Positions 19,912 through 31,659 are shown, counted from the stretch's first letter. The stretch is DNA of 64,000 nucleotides from Candidatus Bathyarchaeota archaeon (GCA_963815095.1 CAWFFH010000004.1:160001-224000), one strand, 5' to 3'. A program made the numbers and translations. Notes: generated by a model not told the origin, from the sequence alone.

Positions 19912-20396
19912 TTCTTTGAACAGTTTCATATTCGTACACTTCAACTAAACTGGCCAAGTTTAAGGTCCAATCTACAAGACCGGTCTTCCTCGACCCATCC
20001 AAGAATGTTTAAGTAAAGAGACATCCCTAACCCGCAAATAATGAAGTCTTCAAAATTCACAGCCAAACACCTCAACGCCCAAAACTAGCTCCAAACTGTT
20101 TCTTCAAGCTCTGCTGAGTAAAAAGTTAGCATGTGTAAAACCGCAGTGCAGGAAAAGATGGTGAGTCGTCTTCCAGCTTCAACGATGTCGAGGCTAGCGT
20201 AGAGGTTGTTTTGTGCTGATTGATGCTGGAGGTGTTGGTTTAGTATGTTGGCAGTGAACTTGAAGGCTTTGCTGGATATTCGTCGTTCTTTTGATTACGC
20301 TTTGCTGTTTTAACCCTTAAGGTACATTTCCATTCTACTTTATTAGAAAAGGCTATAATGCGCCGTTGACACTTCTGCTTAAAGGATCGATTAAAA

Positions 20397-20687
20397 ATGG
20401 AACCTACTGGAAAAAGAGATTCGATTGCTTATAGCAAAAAGATGGTTGAAAGCAAGGATGAACTTACCGTATTACAAGAAGAACTCAACAATGTGATGGT
20501 TCGATTTGTTCTGCGTGCGCTGCGTATCTATCAGTCAACAAGACCTGAGCCATTGCGGGTCAATGAAATTGCATTGCTAGTCCGAAATGAAATCAAAAAT
20601 GTTTTGCAAGATTTAAATGATCAAACGAACACTGACAACATTGCTAAACTGGCCAAAGAAGCTTGGGCAAAAGAAGCTAAACATTAA
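20397..20687 (+). CDS. Hypothetical protein, 96 aa
   Basis: ORF with upstream TATA-like element and downstream oligo-T. Confidence 0.65.
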   Translation: MEPTGKRDSIAYSKKMVESKDELTVLQEELNNVMVRFVLRALRIYQSTRPEPLRVNEIALLVRNEIKNVLQDLNDQTNTDNIAKLAKEAWAKEAKH

Positions 20688-20791
20688 TTTTTCTTTCTTT
20701 TTCTTGTTTATTTCTATATAGAAGAGTCTGTTTTTGGTTTAGGCTTTTTGGAAAAATGGTTGGTAAATAAGAAACTAAAGTTGGGAAGAAA

Positions 20792-21214
20792 TTATTTTCG
20801 GCGGCAGAATTCTTCCATTATCGACATCAATTTTGGAACCGCGTAGACTATAGCTCTATCATCGAGCAAGCCAACGAGTGCTCCAGCTTTGTCGACAACT
20901 GGTAAGTGCTTTATATTCCAGTGTTTCATGAGTTTAGCTGCTTCTTCAACAGTAGCGTTTTCATCAATGACTACGAGTGGGTTTGTGTAGACCATTCTTG
21001 CAATGACTGTTTTGAGTGGAACGTTTGCTTCTACTGCTCTGATCAGAACGTCTTTGACTGTGATGATGCCTGTTGGTTTGCCGCTTTGGACTACGAGGAT
21101 TGCGTCTTTGTCGAATTTGTTCATTATTGCAACTACTTCTTGCATAACAGTGTTGTTGTTTACGACTTTAACGTCTTTTTGCATGATGTCTTTTACGACG
21201 ACATTACTTGCCAT
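20792..21214 (-). CDS. Tandem CBS domain protein
   Basis: VKDIM, GIIT.KD, IKHLPVVD..LVG. Confidence 0.9.
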   Translation of the reverse strand: MASNVVVKDIMQKDVKVVNNNTVMQEVVAIMNKFDKDAILVVQSGKPTGIITVKDVLIRAVEANVPLKTVIARMVYTNPLVVIDENATVEEAAKLMKHWNIKHLPVVDKAGALVGLLDDRAIVYAVPKLMSIMEEFCRRK

Positions 21215-21340
21215 GTTTAATTTTCACCTATAACGCTATGACAAAAGCGTTAGTCATTTATCAATTTTACGTTTATTTCCCGCTTTAGTGTAACGCTTAA
21301 AGGCTTGATTACTTAATTTTATTTTTGGAGACAACTGCTT

Positions 21341-21847
21341 TTGAGCATTAACTCTAAAGGCACCGAACGGTATTGCGCCAGCTTGGATAAAGCTAAAAAC
21401 TACGCTGAGGTCTGGAAAATCGTCAAGGAAACTGCAGAATATGCTTTAGGTAAACGCCGAGATAGTATGATGCTTTTTTTGGATGATTTGCCTCTTCAGT
21501 TGGGCGCTTATTACCCTGTTGGAACCAACAATATTGTCCTTAACCGCGCTTTGGTGGAGATCGTTGAGGCGTCGATGAGTGATAAACCTACAGTAAATGC
21601 TTTAATTTACAATCTTTTGCTGCATGAGTACCTGCATGCACTCGGCGATCTTACAGAGACTGGTGTTAGACGCGAAGTCGTTGAGGTAGCAAAGAAAAGC
21701 TTTGGCGAAGAGTACATTGCTACGGTTGTTGCGTGTAAGTCGCCTTGGGTTTTGCTTAAAGATATCCCGCTTGGACCGTACAATGCCCCTAAGCGTGTAA
21801 TGGAGATTGTTCGGGATTTTGAGAGAACAGGCAAATATATAGTCTAA
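21341..21847 (+). CDS. HExxH-containing putative metallopeptidase
   Basis: LGAYYP...IVLN...LLHEYLHALG. Confidence 0.65.
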   Translation: MSINSKGTERYCASLDKAKNYAEVWKIVKETAEYALGKRRDSMMLFLDDLPLQLGAYYPVGTNNIVLNRALVEIVEASMSDKPTVNALIYNLLLHEYLHALGDLTETGVRREVVEVAKKSFGEEYIATVVACKSPWVLLKDIPLGPYNAPKRVMEIVRDFERTGKYIV

Positions 21848-22025
21848 ATAATAAAAAACCTTAATGTGCAGCTTAAAAGACGATTTTTCTTATCACAATT
21901 TTGTAAGTTGCACCACAAATTTTGTTTTTTGACTTCTTGGTTTTTTATCGTCTTCTTTCTAAGCCCTCATAGATTCAAAGCTTAAATGGAACAACCTCGT
22001 TTCTCTTCCAAAAGAGGTAAAGTTT

Positions 22026-22928
22026 GTGGTTAACGAAAGAATTCAAGATGGCGATTACGTCCTAATCTATTTGGATGCACGCCGAACTTACATGATAAAG
22101 ATGCAGGCAGGACAAACCTTTCACACACACAAAGGATACCTCAAACTTGACGAGCTCATCGGTAAAGAATACGGTGAACCAATCAAAAGCAGCATGGGTA
22201 TCTACTTTACTACTCTAAAACCCAGCTTAACTGATTATATTATGAAGTCTAGCCGTAACACACAGATTATTTACCCCAAAGACGCTGCTCTAATTATTAT
22301 GTTCAGCGGCATTGGACCTGGAAGCCGTGTGGTAGAATCTGGCACCGGAACAGGCTCATTAACTACGGCATTGGCGCATTATGTTGGTCCAACGGGTAAA
22401 GTTTACACTTACGAGTTGCGTTCTGAATTCCAGAAAAATGCCAAGAAAAATCTTGAGCGTTCAAAACTAATTAACCATGTTGAAATGAAAAGCGGTGATG
22501 TCACTTTGGGTTACGAAGAGCGGGATGTGGATGCGGTGATTTTGGATTTGGCGGTTCCATGGCTTGTGGTTCCGCATGCTTACACTGCTCTAAAACCTTC
22601 AGGAGTCTTAGTTTCGTTCAGTCCAACCATAGACCAAGTTGTAAAAACCACTGAAGCCCTAAGAGAAAACGGATTTGTCTTTATCGAAACCATCGAGTGT
22701 TTGATGCGTACCATGCAGGTGGAGCGTGGAAAAACCCGACCTAACACAATGATGACAGGGCACTCTGGGTACATTACTCACGCAAGAAAAATCCTCAAAC
22801 TTCCAACACAAGAAACCACGCAGGTACAGGCGCTTTCCCAAGAAGCAATGCCCGAAGTAACTGTAGAAGAATCCACTGTTGAAGAAATGGATAATAGTGA
22901 AGAATTAGCAGAAGAAGAAAATGCCTAG
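22026..22928 (+). CDS. trmI: tRNA (adenine-57/58-N1)-methyltransferase
   Basis: TQIIYPKD, ESGTGTGSLT, AVILDL..PW, FSP..DQV, RP...GHSGY. Confidence 0.93.
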   Translation: MVNERIQDGDYVLIYLDARRTYMIKMQAGQTFHTHKGYLKLDELIGKEYGEPIKSSMGIYFTTLKPSLTDYIMKSSRNTQIIYPKDAALIIMFSGIGPGSRVVESGTGTGSLTTALAHYVGPTGKVYTYELRSEFQKNAKKNLERSKLINHVEMKSGDVTLGYEERDVDAVILDLAVPWLVVPHAYTALKPSGVLVSFSPTIDQVVKTTEALRENGFVFIETIECLMRTMQVERGKTRPNTMMTGHSGYITHARKILKLPTQETTQVQALSQEAMPEVTVEESTVEEMDNSEELAEEENA

Positions 22929-24547
22929 GTCTTCTCTTTCATTTTGCGTTTTGTCGACTCAGGCATTGGCATACTAAGCTGCCAAACAGCCTGTTTTAAT
23001 TGTTCGCTTTTTATGCCGCGGGTTAAGCCATAGTATGTGCCTAAGATTTTACCAAAGTAAGGAATGATAAAGTTGTCGAATGTCTTGTAGAGCAATGGGT
23101 TGGGTATTCGGTTTTCGAGGAAGGTTGGTTTCCAAATTTTTATGTTATATTCCCAGCATTTGATAAAGAAGTCCCAACGCGCTTTGGAGAGTGAATCCAT
23201 TTCTGCGCCTTTCTTGTTCATTAAAACGCAGTTTTCAAGAGGCACGAAGAAGAGTGGCACATAGAAAGCGTTGAAGTCTTTAAGTTTATCCATCAACTCC
23301 AGCGTCTGCAACATGTCTTCTTCTTTTTCGTCAGGCAAACCGATGATTAAGGTTGCAAGTGGGTACCAATCATTATCGTTTAAGATGCCGAAAGCGTTAG
23401 TTACTACGTCTTGCCATTCTTCAGGCTTAAACGGCAACATTTTACCCGCCATATACTTCTTCATGAGACGTGGACTGCCCGTTTCGACGCCTGTTTCCGC
23501 GGTAATAATCGGCTTTTTACCGAAAGAATACCAGCTTTTCTCAATGAGGATTTCCGCAAGTTGCTTAATCATCAAAGGATCATGCCAAACAGGAGCCAAC
23601 GACATATGTGAAGCTTGAATGCTCTTAACACCGGGGTAATCTGCGACACTTTTGACCAATTTGACGACTGCTTCACGGTTGGGAATGAATGTTTTGTTTG
23701 TTGCTCCATAAATAAAAAGATCCTCAGTGATTAGGGTTATATGGTCGCTGCCTTGAGCCGTGCTGAGAGCAACTTCCCGCATGACTTTTTCAATTGGCAC
23801 ATCAACTTTGTTCTGCATTGTAGGAGTGCAGAATTGGCAGTTTCTGCCACAGCCCTTTGAGATTTCCACGGCACCGTGAATAGCTACATGATTGGTTATG
23901 GGCATTTCCTGGTTGTAATTCCAGTTGTTTAGGGATTCATCCGCTTTTGCGATGCGGGGAATGGGGTCGTCGTTTAATGCTTTCTTGAAAAGCTCTACGA
24001 TTGGCCCAGGTCTACCACCGATTAAGACGCAATCAATGCCATATTGGTCGGAAACATGATTGCGTTCCAGTTGCCATGAACCGAAGCCACCAACGATGAT
24101 TTTTGGTTTGTACTTTTTGATGCTAGGGTGCATGACAAGTTTGCGGAATTCTATAGCATTCATAGGTTCTCCTCCACCAACAATGGACGAGTACGTTTTG
24201 CTGACGTATCCCATGCCCGTAGGGTCCATGGAGGATATGCCGACCACCTTGGTTTCTGGACCGATGAAGTTTTGTAAGTCGTCAGGGTGCACAACTGAGA
24301 TGTCCTTCGGTGAAAAACCGTTTTGTAATAGTATCGACTCTACTTTTCGCAGTCCGTATGGTGCAAATTTTGCTTGTCCATCAGGTTTGCGGGCTGTTGC
24401 CGGATACAACGTTTTTCTAACGTATGAAAGTGGGATGGGACCTTTACCAAAGCCTCCCACAAATGCTATGAAGGGATTATTATAAAAATCGCTCATTTCA
24501 GTAGCTGATGCAGTGAGAACGATTTTTTTCCCCAATACTGTTGCCAA
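22925..24547 (-). CDS. Radical SAM protein with N-terminal B12-binding-like domain, Grs/Gms (tetraether-lipid modifying) family-like
   Basis: CGRNCQFC; APYGLRKVES, TKVVGI..DP.G, KIIVGG.GSW.L, GVETGS. Confidence 0.8.
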   Translation of the reverse strand: MATVLGKKIVLTASATEMSDFYNNPFIAFVGGFGKGPIPLSYVRKTLYPATARKPDGQAKFAPYGLRKVESILLQNGFSPKDISVVHPDDLQNFIGPETKVVGISSMDPTGMGYVSKTYSSIVGGGEPMNAIEFRKLVMHPSIKKYKPKIIVGGFGSWQLERNHVSDQYGIDCVLIGGRPGPIVELFKKALNDDPIPRIAKADESLNNWNYNQEMPITNHVAIHGAVEISKGCGRNCQFCTPTMQNKVDVPIEKVMREVALSTAQGSDHITLITEDLFIYGATNKTFIPNREAVVKLVKSVADYPGVKSIQASHMSLAPVWHDPLMIKQLAEILIEKSWYSFGKKPIITAETGVETGSPRLMKKYMAGKMLPFKPEEWQDVVTNAFGILNDNDWYPLATLIIGLPDEKEEDMLQTLELMDKLKDFNAFYVPLFFVPLENCVLMNKKGAEMDSLSKARWDFFIKCWEYNIKIWKPTFLENRIPNPLLYKTFDNFIIPYFGKILGTYYGLTRGIKSEQLKQAVWQLSMPMPESTKRKMKEKT

Positions 24548-24930
24548 GCCTCTCTAATCCTCACGAATAGACTTAATGATTGTCCATACTCCTTTTAAGA
24601 ATTACTATCGTTCGTATGGTGATGATAAAGAGAAATAGCAAATCTGCCCATACTTGATCGATGAGCAAACGATTGTCTAACTTAAAAATTATTTATCTTA
24701 CGTAAAAATATGTAAAATTTGGTCACTCAAGAAAAAATAAAAAAGTTTGATACTTCTTTTTGTTACCACAAGTCCTTTTATTAAATCAAGCGTTCCCCAT
24801 ATAGTAATCTCAATTTATTGAGGCTTATTTATGAAGAAACTAATACTCTATTTTAACAAAAATATTGGTATTTCAGCGGAATTGCAATCAAATTCTTTCG
24901 TGTTTGTTTTAGACGGGCGGTTGATATAGA

Positions 24931-27042
24931 GTGCTAAAGAACAGAATAGGCGTAAACATCTTAATCACTATACTTATCGTCGGGATAATACCGGGAATTT
25001 CAATCAATGCGTTTCCTATTTCCTTAAACGATGAGTCTTCTCTTGTCAACGCTGCGACCAATGTTCCAGTTCCAGGCGCTTCAGTGTCAGCTTCGGGCAC
25101 TTCGGGTAACATCGGAAACGGTTTTGCTGTAGCAGATGCTCAAGGTCAATACACTATAACTAGCTTCCTTGAAACTGGAAATTATTCAGTGACGGCATCC
25201 GCACCGGGTTTCATCGACCAACAAGTGAACAACGTAGCTGTAAATGCTGCTGCTCAAACCTCAAATGTGAACATAATCATGAACGTTTCAGGTGGGATCT
25301 CTGGAAAAGTAACTGACGCAGTATCTGGTTTGCCTGTTTATTTGGCAGTAGTCAGTGTCGAAAGTGCGGATGGCTCAAGTAATGGGGCTACGATCACAGA
25401 TGCAAACGGCAACTATCAAATTATTCAAAACCTTCAAACAGGAACATACAATGCAACCGCAGAATACTTTTCGGGTACAGCAGGATACTTATCTCAAACA
25501 CAAACAAGCATTTCCATCACAGCCGGTTTAATGACAAGCAACAAGAACTTCGCCCTTATGCATTCGGGCATGATCACAGGAACGGTAATAGATGCTAATA
25601 CTCATGCTCCTCTACAAGGCATAGTTGTCGTAGGAGAAAGTGTCAATGGCGCCTTTTCTGATTACGCAGTGACGAATTCTTCTGGACAATACACCTTGAA
25701 AAACAACTTGCCTACATCTACTTATAACGTAACAGAGTTGCTTCCTAAAGGTTATATAGTAAACACAATTTCGGGAATAGCAGTCACAACTGGACAAACA
25801 ACCACCCAAAACATTGCACTTATCCCCTCGGGAGTCATTACTGGAAAGGTAACAAATATTGCGAATGGGCAACCTATTGCAGGAGTTTCAATCACTGTTA
25901 CTTCCGGCACCTTCTTTGGCTTTGCTTCTACAGACGCCTTCGGGAATTACAATGTTTCAACCGGGTTAGAAACTGGAACCTATACCGTGATAGCCGCTTT
26001 AGGATCTTCTTTCGTCACTAATCCCAGCGTAAGCGTCACTGAAGGACAGACAACATCTAACGTTAACTTTCAACTAACCGTTACTGTTACACCGTCAGGA
26101 ACTATAACTGGACGTGTTACCAGTTCAGGCACTCTAATTAGCGGTGCATATGTTATCGTGCAAGGAACAGGTGGCTCAAACTCAAATTATACCGACAGTA
26201 ATGGCAATTACATAATATCTTCTGGTCTGGGCAGTGGATCCTACACTGTTAATGTTACAGCAACGGGATATGTATCGCAACAGCAAACTGGAGTTTCGGC
26301 AACTCTTAATCAAATAACAGCTAACATCAACTTCGTACTGGCTAACGCGCCTTCAGGAATAATTTCTGGTCAAATCCTCTCTTCCCAAACCTCGCCTTTC
26401 CCAACTCCTACGCCTCTCCCTACTGCGACTCCAACGCCATCTCCAACTTCAGTACCTACTCCGACTCCATCACCGTCACCCACTCCAACCCCGACTTCAG
26501 TACCAACAGCGGTACCTACGGCCGTGCCGACAGCTAACCCGACTACATCGCCCACTTCAGCTCCAACATCGACGAATAAACCTTCACCAACGCCTTCACC
26601 AACAACTATAGTTGCCACTACAGAAACAGGTACAAAGGTTAATCTTGAAATCAGCGGCAGCATAACGAGTTCCCAAATCTCTAACATCACAATCACAACA
26701 GGAACTAATGGAACAACAGTATCTTTAACCGCAACCGGACCAAGTGGCACAACAGGATTTAGCAACATGACCATTCCAAAAAGCGCAATCGAACAAGGAA
26801 CAACACCAAAAATCTACATTGATAATAAAATTGCACCAAACCAAGGATACACACAAGACACTAACAACTATTACGTCTGGTACACAACCCAATTCACCAC
26901 ACACCAAATTTCAATAATATTCCCAACATCTCCGATTCCAGAATTTCCATCAACAATAATTTTGTCGCTGCTAGTCGCATTAGTAGTCGTGACTTTAACT
27001 CTAACGTTGCTGAGAAAACGAGGAACAACAATAAGCAATTAA
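24931..27042 (+). CDS. Cell-surface protein: about 5 carboxypeptidase-regulatory-like (CnaB/SdrD-type) repeats, Pro/Thr linker, PEF-type C-terminal anchor
   Basis: Repeated SG.I.G.VT..TD..G.Y; IPEFP + TM + RKR tail. Confidence 0.85.
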   Translation: MLKNRIGVNILITILIVGIIPGISINAFPISLNDESSLVNAATNVPVPGASVSASGTSGNIGNGFAVADAQGQYTITSFLETGNYSVTASAPGFIDQQVNNVAVNAAAQTSNVNIIMNVSGGISGKVTDAVSGLPVYLAVVSVESADGSSNGATITDANGNYQIIQNLQTGTYNATAEYFSGTAGYLSQTQTSISITAGLMTSNKNFALMHSGMITGTVIDANTHAPLQGIVVVGESVNGAFSDYAVTNSSGQYTLKNNLPTSTYNVTELLPKGYIVNTISGIAVTTGQTTTQNIALIPSGVITGKVTNIANGQPIAGVSITVTSGTFFGFASTDAFGNYNVSTGLETGTYTVIAALGSSFVTNPSVSVTEGQTTSNVNFQLTVTVTPSGTITGRVTSSGTLISGAYVIVQGTGGSNSNYTDSNGNYIISSGLGSGSYTVNVTATGYVSQQQTGVSATLNQITANINFVLANAPSGIISGQILSSQTSPFPTPTPLPTATPTPSPTSVPTPTPSPSPTPTPTSVPTAVPTAVPTANPTTSPTSAPTSTNKPSPTPSPTTIVATTETGTKVNLEISGSITSSQISNITITTGTNGTTVSLTATGPSGTTGFSNMTIPKSAIEQGTTPKIYIDNKIAPNQGYTQDTNNYYVWYTTQFTTHQISIIFPTSPIPEFPSTIILSLLVALVVVTLTLTLLRKRGTTISN
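26395..26606 (+). repeat. Low-complexity Pro/Thr/Ser linker
   Basis: PTPTPSP/VPTA repeats. Confidence 0.85.
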
Positions 27043-27462
27043 AACCATCTTTCAACGAATCTCTATTATCTTCTTTTCTTTTATTAACAATAAATTGAAT
27101 CTGCAATTAGCTTCTCTTGATTAATAATCCTAACTAAAAGCTATATAATTCCAGATACCAACTAAATTAACTTATAAAATAATTTGCATATCGCATTTTG
27201 AAATATAGGCAGAATTAAAGGAAAGAATCCTTTCAATTAAACTCGTTTAACTTGTTGAAGCAAAAATTCTCTAGAATTGAACATAAGTGCCGTCTGAGTA
27301 ACTCTGATCCGTCATCCAAATTAATGTCAAGCTAATGCCTTCTCATCATTCGGCAAAAAACAATAAGCGTTGTGAGAGATAAAAGCATTGATATGTTTAG
27401 TTCGTTTGTCAGGGAACACTTTTATTTTCGGCTACAAATGTTCATGGTAGGAGTCGAATCTT

Positions 27463-28035
27463 ATGGATTTTATTGGAAGTCAAACTGAAAAGAATCTTTT
27501 AGCTGCATTTGCAGGAGAATCCCAAGCACGTAACCGGTACACTTTTTTTGCTAGCGTAGCCAAAAAAGCAGGTTATGAGCAAATTGGCGCGATTTTTGAA
27601 GAAACCGCAGGAAACGAGAAGGAGCATGCGGAATTATTCTTCAAACATCTTAAAGGCGGAATGGTTGAGATTAAAGCGTCTTACCCAGCAGGGGTTATTG
27701 CTTCAACTGCTGACCACCTTAAAGCGGCTGCGGAAGGTGAAAAATTCGAATGGGGAACTCTCTACCCAAACTTTGGAGATGTTGCTGAAAATGAAGGGTT
27801 CCCAGAAGTTGCCCGAACTTTCCGCATGATTGCAAAAGTAGAAGTCTATCATGAACGCAGATATAATAAACTTCTAGAAAGTTTGCAACAAGGAAAAGTG
27901 TTCAAGAAGGATGCACCTGTAAAATGGAAATGCCGAAACTGTGGTTTGGTTATTGAAGGACCAAATGCGCCAGATATTTGTCCAACCTGCAATCATCCAA
28001 AAGCATACTTCGAAGTCTGGACTGAAAACTACTAA
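27463..28035 (+). CDS. rbr: Rubrerythrin
   Basis: AFAGESQARNRY, EKEH, E..HE.RY, CRNCG..CPTC. Confidence 0.95.
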   Translation: MDFIGSQTEKNLLAAFAGESQARNRYTFFASVAKKAGYEQIGAIFEETAGNEKEHAELFFKHLKGGMVEIKASYPAGVIASTADHLKAAAEGEKFEWGTLYPNFGDVAENEGFPEVARTFRMIAKVEVYHERRYNKLLESLQQGKVFKKDAPVKWKCRNCGLVIEGPNAPDICPTCNHPKAYFEVWTENY

Positions 28036-28193
28036 CCTTTTTTTCTTGGTTTTTTCTAAAATTATGGCTCTAAAGAGCCATTTACAGACTTATCCATTCT
28101 ATAGTTCTGCAGTGAATAAAAATCTGTGTCCAAATATGTCGTTTCCGCGTCTTTAACCTGTAATTTTTTTTTCTGATACTCTCAAAATTGGAT

Positions 28194-28787
28194 TTATGCT
28201 AAGGTGTTAAGGTTTATGCTTATGAAGACCGATATGTACACAAGGAAGAATATGGAGAAGAATTTGTGGTAAGTTTGATTCCTCGTTTTGGCTGCAACGA
28301 TGGCTAAAACCGTAATTAGAGATATGGTGACAAAGTAGATTGGACCTTGCGCCAGCAAATGCGGCACGCCCTTGAGCAGCGTGTCAACAAAATCTAATGG
28401 GGGAAGCACAGCGGCAAGAGCAAAGAACCAGCGGCGGTCTTCGTAGAAATGCTGTTTAAAGTCCATTTTTTCGTCAAATGGGTCAGGATACAAAATTACT
28501 GCCAGTAGGAAGCATACCGTTGGCGTCAAAAGGAGAAATATAAAAAGCGGAAAACTCCATGTTGACCAGGGTTCCCATCTAAACATTACCCACCAATTCA
28601 AAGCCATATACATGAAGACATTAACAGACCAAAGCATGTGGACCCAGTAATTTTGGACCTTGTCGCGTCGCTCAACTATCTTGCCTACACCTGTAAGGAG
28701 CCTTGTTATGCCTAACGCAATAATTATTGATGGAACGATGGAAATGTATGAGAAGGCATCCATTCCAAACTCAGCCAACATAGGCAA
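28194..28787 (-). CDS. Hypothetical multi-pass membrane protein
   Basis: About 6 TM helices. Confidence 0.75.
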   Translation of the reverse strand: MPMLAEFGMDAFSYISIVPSIIIALGITRLLTGVGKIVERRDKVQNYWVHMLWSVNVFMYMALNWWVMFRWEPWSTWSFPLFIFLLLTPTVCFLLAVILYPDPFDEKMDFKQHFYEDRRWFFALAAVLPPLDFVDTLLKGVPHLLAQGPIYFVTISLITVLAIVAAKTRNQTYHKFFSIFFLVYISVFISINLNTLA

Positions 28788-28834
28788 AGCTGCATTTTAA
28801 TTATTTAAAAATTGCTACAAAGTAGGGTAAGACA

Positions 28835-29116
28835 CTATTTTTTAGAATTATTTTCTTTCTCGTATTCTTCAACCATGCGCTTAACTTTCTTCTCCAGCTT
28901 AAGCTCGTACTCATGCTCCTGAACCATAGGCTTCAAATCTTCTTTCTTGACTAAATCCGTCGGCTGCACAATCCGCCTTTCGCCCGCTTTAACCGGAACT
29001 TTTTCGCCCTCAATGCAATCTTTAAAATCTTCCAGCGCCTCTACGATCCAGTAGCCTTCACTTTCTGTGACAACTTTAACTTTGTATAAACCTTTGTAGA
29101 AGTAAAATTCACTCAT
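28835..29116 (-). CDS. Hypothetical protein, 93 aa
   Basis: Clean ORF. Confidence 0.65.
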   Translation of the reverse strand: MSEFYFYKGLYKVKVVTESEGYWIVEALEDFKDCIEGEKVPVKAGERRIVQPTDLVKKEDLKPMVQEHEYELKLEKKVKRMVEEYEKENNSKK

Positions 29117-29784
29117 AAGAACCGCAATACTATTGTGATTTTAAAGTAAATAACTCTTACTTGAGTTCCGACTGGTAGTCTGTTTTTCTCTACCGACGTA
29201 ACTTGCCGTCTAAATTGATATGAACTTCTTGAATAACTCCATTCTCCGCGTGGACGAGAAAAAACTCGGCTCTGCCGCTGACAAAACTGAGCAGCTGACT
29301 GCCGAGAGTTGAAAATAACAATTGAGCTCTCCAAAATTATAGAAAGTTACAGCTAAAATTATCAATCGCTACCGCTTCGAAACCTCGAACACAACCAAAA
29401 ATCTTGACATTCCCGTAATACCGTTCGTTACCTTGTTTTCTCTCTTGTTTTAGAGCTTCTTCGACCTTCGAAAAATCAATATCCCATCATTATCGAGCGT
29501 TTGAACCTACACGTGTTTATTGTCTCGAAGTAACATCCAGCTAATGGCAGTTGTTTTAGTGAAACACTAAGAACCGATTGTTTGTCTTGGCAATTTTGCA
29601 AAACGTGTTGAAGAGTTCAATATCAAGGGACAAGCTCCGCCAACATGATATCATCAATCCGTGGTGTATTCTTGTCAAGTTTCGCTTCAACTCTTTTTTC
29701 ATTGGATATAGTTGCGCTCGCATTGGTAGGTTCAGTCACAATTGCCACTTGTTCATATTCCTTGAATTCTACACAAATTCATGC

Positions 29785-31500
29785 TTAACCCTTCACTTGC
29801 TTCTCTTCTTCTTTTGTTTTTTTGCAAATGTCGGAAATAGCTCGAAGCATTGGTGGCGGGGTGAAGATGCTGAAAACCCTTGTGTATTTAGGCGCCCCAG
29901 CCTTCCTTACATCAGCTGTGTTGCCGCCATCTTTAAGGTACCCGTTTATGAAAGCTTTGGCAACTGATTCAGCTTTTAAATTATTGTGAAATGGTTGAAG
30001 ATAATAACCACTATAATAAAGAAACACAGCTATGTCCCAGGCTTTGTCGCCGTTTTGGGTGCCCTGCTCAAAATCAATCAGGAAAATGGTGTTATCCTGC
30101 TTAATGAGCACGTTATCTGGTTTGGTATCGCCTAAGGTGACGTTTTGAGCATGGATCTGCGCAAATATCTCGCCAACTCTGTATGCCTTGGTAAGCAAAT
30201 CTTCGAGTATTGCCGGGTCGGTTGTTGTTGCGGCGCGTTTAATGAATTCGCTGAGGTTTTCTCCTTCAATGTACTCCATAAAGACTATACGTTCAGCATT
30301 GCTAAAATGCAAAATCTTTGGAACATTGAACCCTTCGCTGCGCAAAACCTCATTTATCGCACATTCTTTTGATAGCCGCGCTTGTCCCGAAACTGCAAAC
30401 GAGCGGGCTCCAAAAGACCACAACGTTAGGGGGAACCATTTTAAACCTGACCAATCCTTAAAGCGCTTAGCCAAAACTTTGGTTTCGCCACCGCTGCCAT
30501 GGGCGCGGATTAAGTAAACGTCGTTTAGCATGCCGCCTAGAGGTTCAACCTCTATGTTCTGTTTCTGTCCTTTGGGAAGCATTTTTTGAGCAAAACTTTT
30601 AATGTCAAGTTTGTCGGATAATGAAACTAGCCCTTCTGAGGTTGGGAAGAATATGTATTTTTTCGGGTCGATGAACCTGCTGGTGGGGTTTGGTTGTCTT
30701 GTCCAATTGATTTTTTGGGTTTTTAGGAAGGCGTCAGTGTTTTGTGAAACGATGTTCATCAGTTGCGGAAGGACGCCGAATATGGATGTGAAGAGTGTTC
30801 GAGGCATGTTCTTTGATAAGTTGATTATTTTGAGCTTGGGGTCTTGGCATTTCGCTATGAATTTTTTTGAGATTGTAATGTAACCATTTAGACTTTTTAT
30901 CTTCTCTTCTGTTTCAAGTTGACTTAGTGCTATGTTGTAGCTGGTAAGTTCTTGCTCTTCATCTTGTTGAAGCCAATTTGTCAAGTTTGCGATGTCATAA
31001 GCTATTAGGGGGAAAACTCGAAAGCGATTAGAAAATACTTCATACATAAAATATTGGGGCTGTATTTGAATGCGGTGTGCAAGCTCAGGAAAATTTACTA
31101 TTAAATTCTCAAGCAATTCAAGAATCAAACGTTTCTTTAAGGCAACTTCTTTTTCCTGCAAATAATTCTGGCCGCGAAGCTCTAAGTGGGGAAAAATAAG
31201 TTTGCTTGCAATAGCCTCCCCCAAAAAGCCTCTGTCTATGTCACGCTCAAAAATCCATTGATCAACGGCAAAAATAAAAATCGTCTTGTTATTGACTGTT
31301 TTAAAGTAGCGCATTAGTCTGGGCTGAAAATCATGAATAACTAATATTACCTCATGGTTTGAACGCTCGTTTGAGGCTTTTATAGAATAATTATCTATAA
31401 GTGCGACCGCGGCGATTTTTGATGCCCCAGCGACGTGCCTGCAGAAGTCGAGTATTTGATTTGTTAATTCGAAAGGTTCGCTGTTGTTAGCTTTTTTCAC
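29785..31500 (-). CDS. Atypical kinase (Bud32/RIO/Kdo-like) with N-terminal degenerate nucleotidyltransferase-like domain
   Basis: VLAKRF, MEYIEG, H..GDTKPDN, IDFEQ. Confidence 0.8.
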   Translation of the reverse strand: MKKANNSEPFELTNQILDFCRHVAGASKIAAVALIDNYSIKASNERSNHEVILVIHDFQPRLMRYFKTVNNKTIFIFAVDQWIFERDIDRGFLGEAIASKLIFPHLELRGQNYLQEKEVALKKRLILELLENLIVNFPELAHRIQIQPQYFMYEVFSNRFRVFPLIAYDIANLTNWLQQDEEQELTSYNIALSQLETEEKIKSLNGYITISKKFIAKCQDPKLKIINLSKNMPRTLFTSIFGVLPQLMNIVSQNTDAFLKTQKINWTRQPNPTSRFIDPKKYIFFPTSEGLVSLSDKLDIKSFAQKMLPKGQKQNIEVEPLGGMLNDVYLIRAHGSGGETKVLAKRFKDWSGLKWFPLTLWSFGARSFAVSGQARLSKECAINEVLRSEGFNVPKILHFSNAERIVFMEYIEGENLSEFIKRAATTTDPAILEDLLTKAYRVGEIFAQIHAQNVTLGDTKPDNVLIKQDNTIFLIDFEQGTQNGDKAWDIAVFLYYSGYYLQPFHNNLKAESVAKAFINGYLKDGGNTADVRKAGAPKYTRVFSIFTPPPMLRAISDICKKTKEEEKQVKG

Positions 31501-31659
31501 GTTGTCACCCTGACGTTACATAGCAATTGATCTTAGATGTATTTAAAACAGGTTTATGCATCTAAAGAGAATACGCTAGTAGGCTGAAGACGAGAGCGGA
31601 TGCAAAAATTCAACTGTTGAAGTTAAAATTGGTGGCAAGTGATTAGAAACTTGCTGTTT

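Noticed and set aside
29120-29780. Unassigned 0.65-kb stretch with short ORFs
   Set aside because: No coherent frame or structure that I can support
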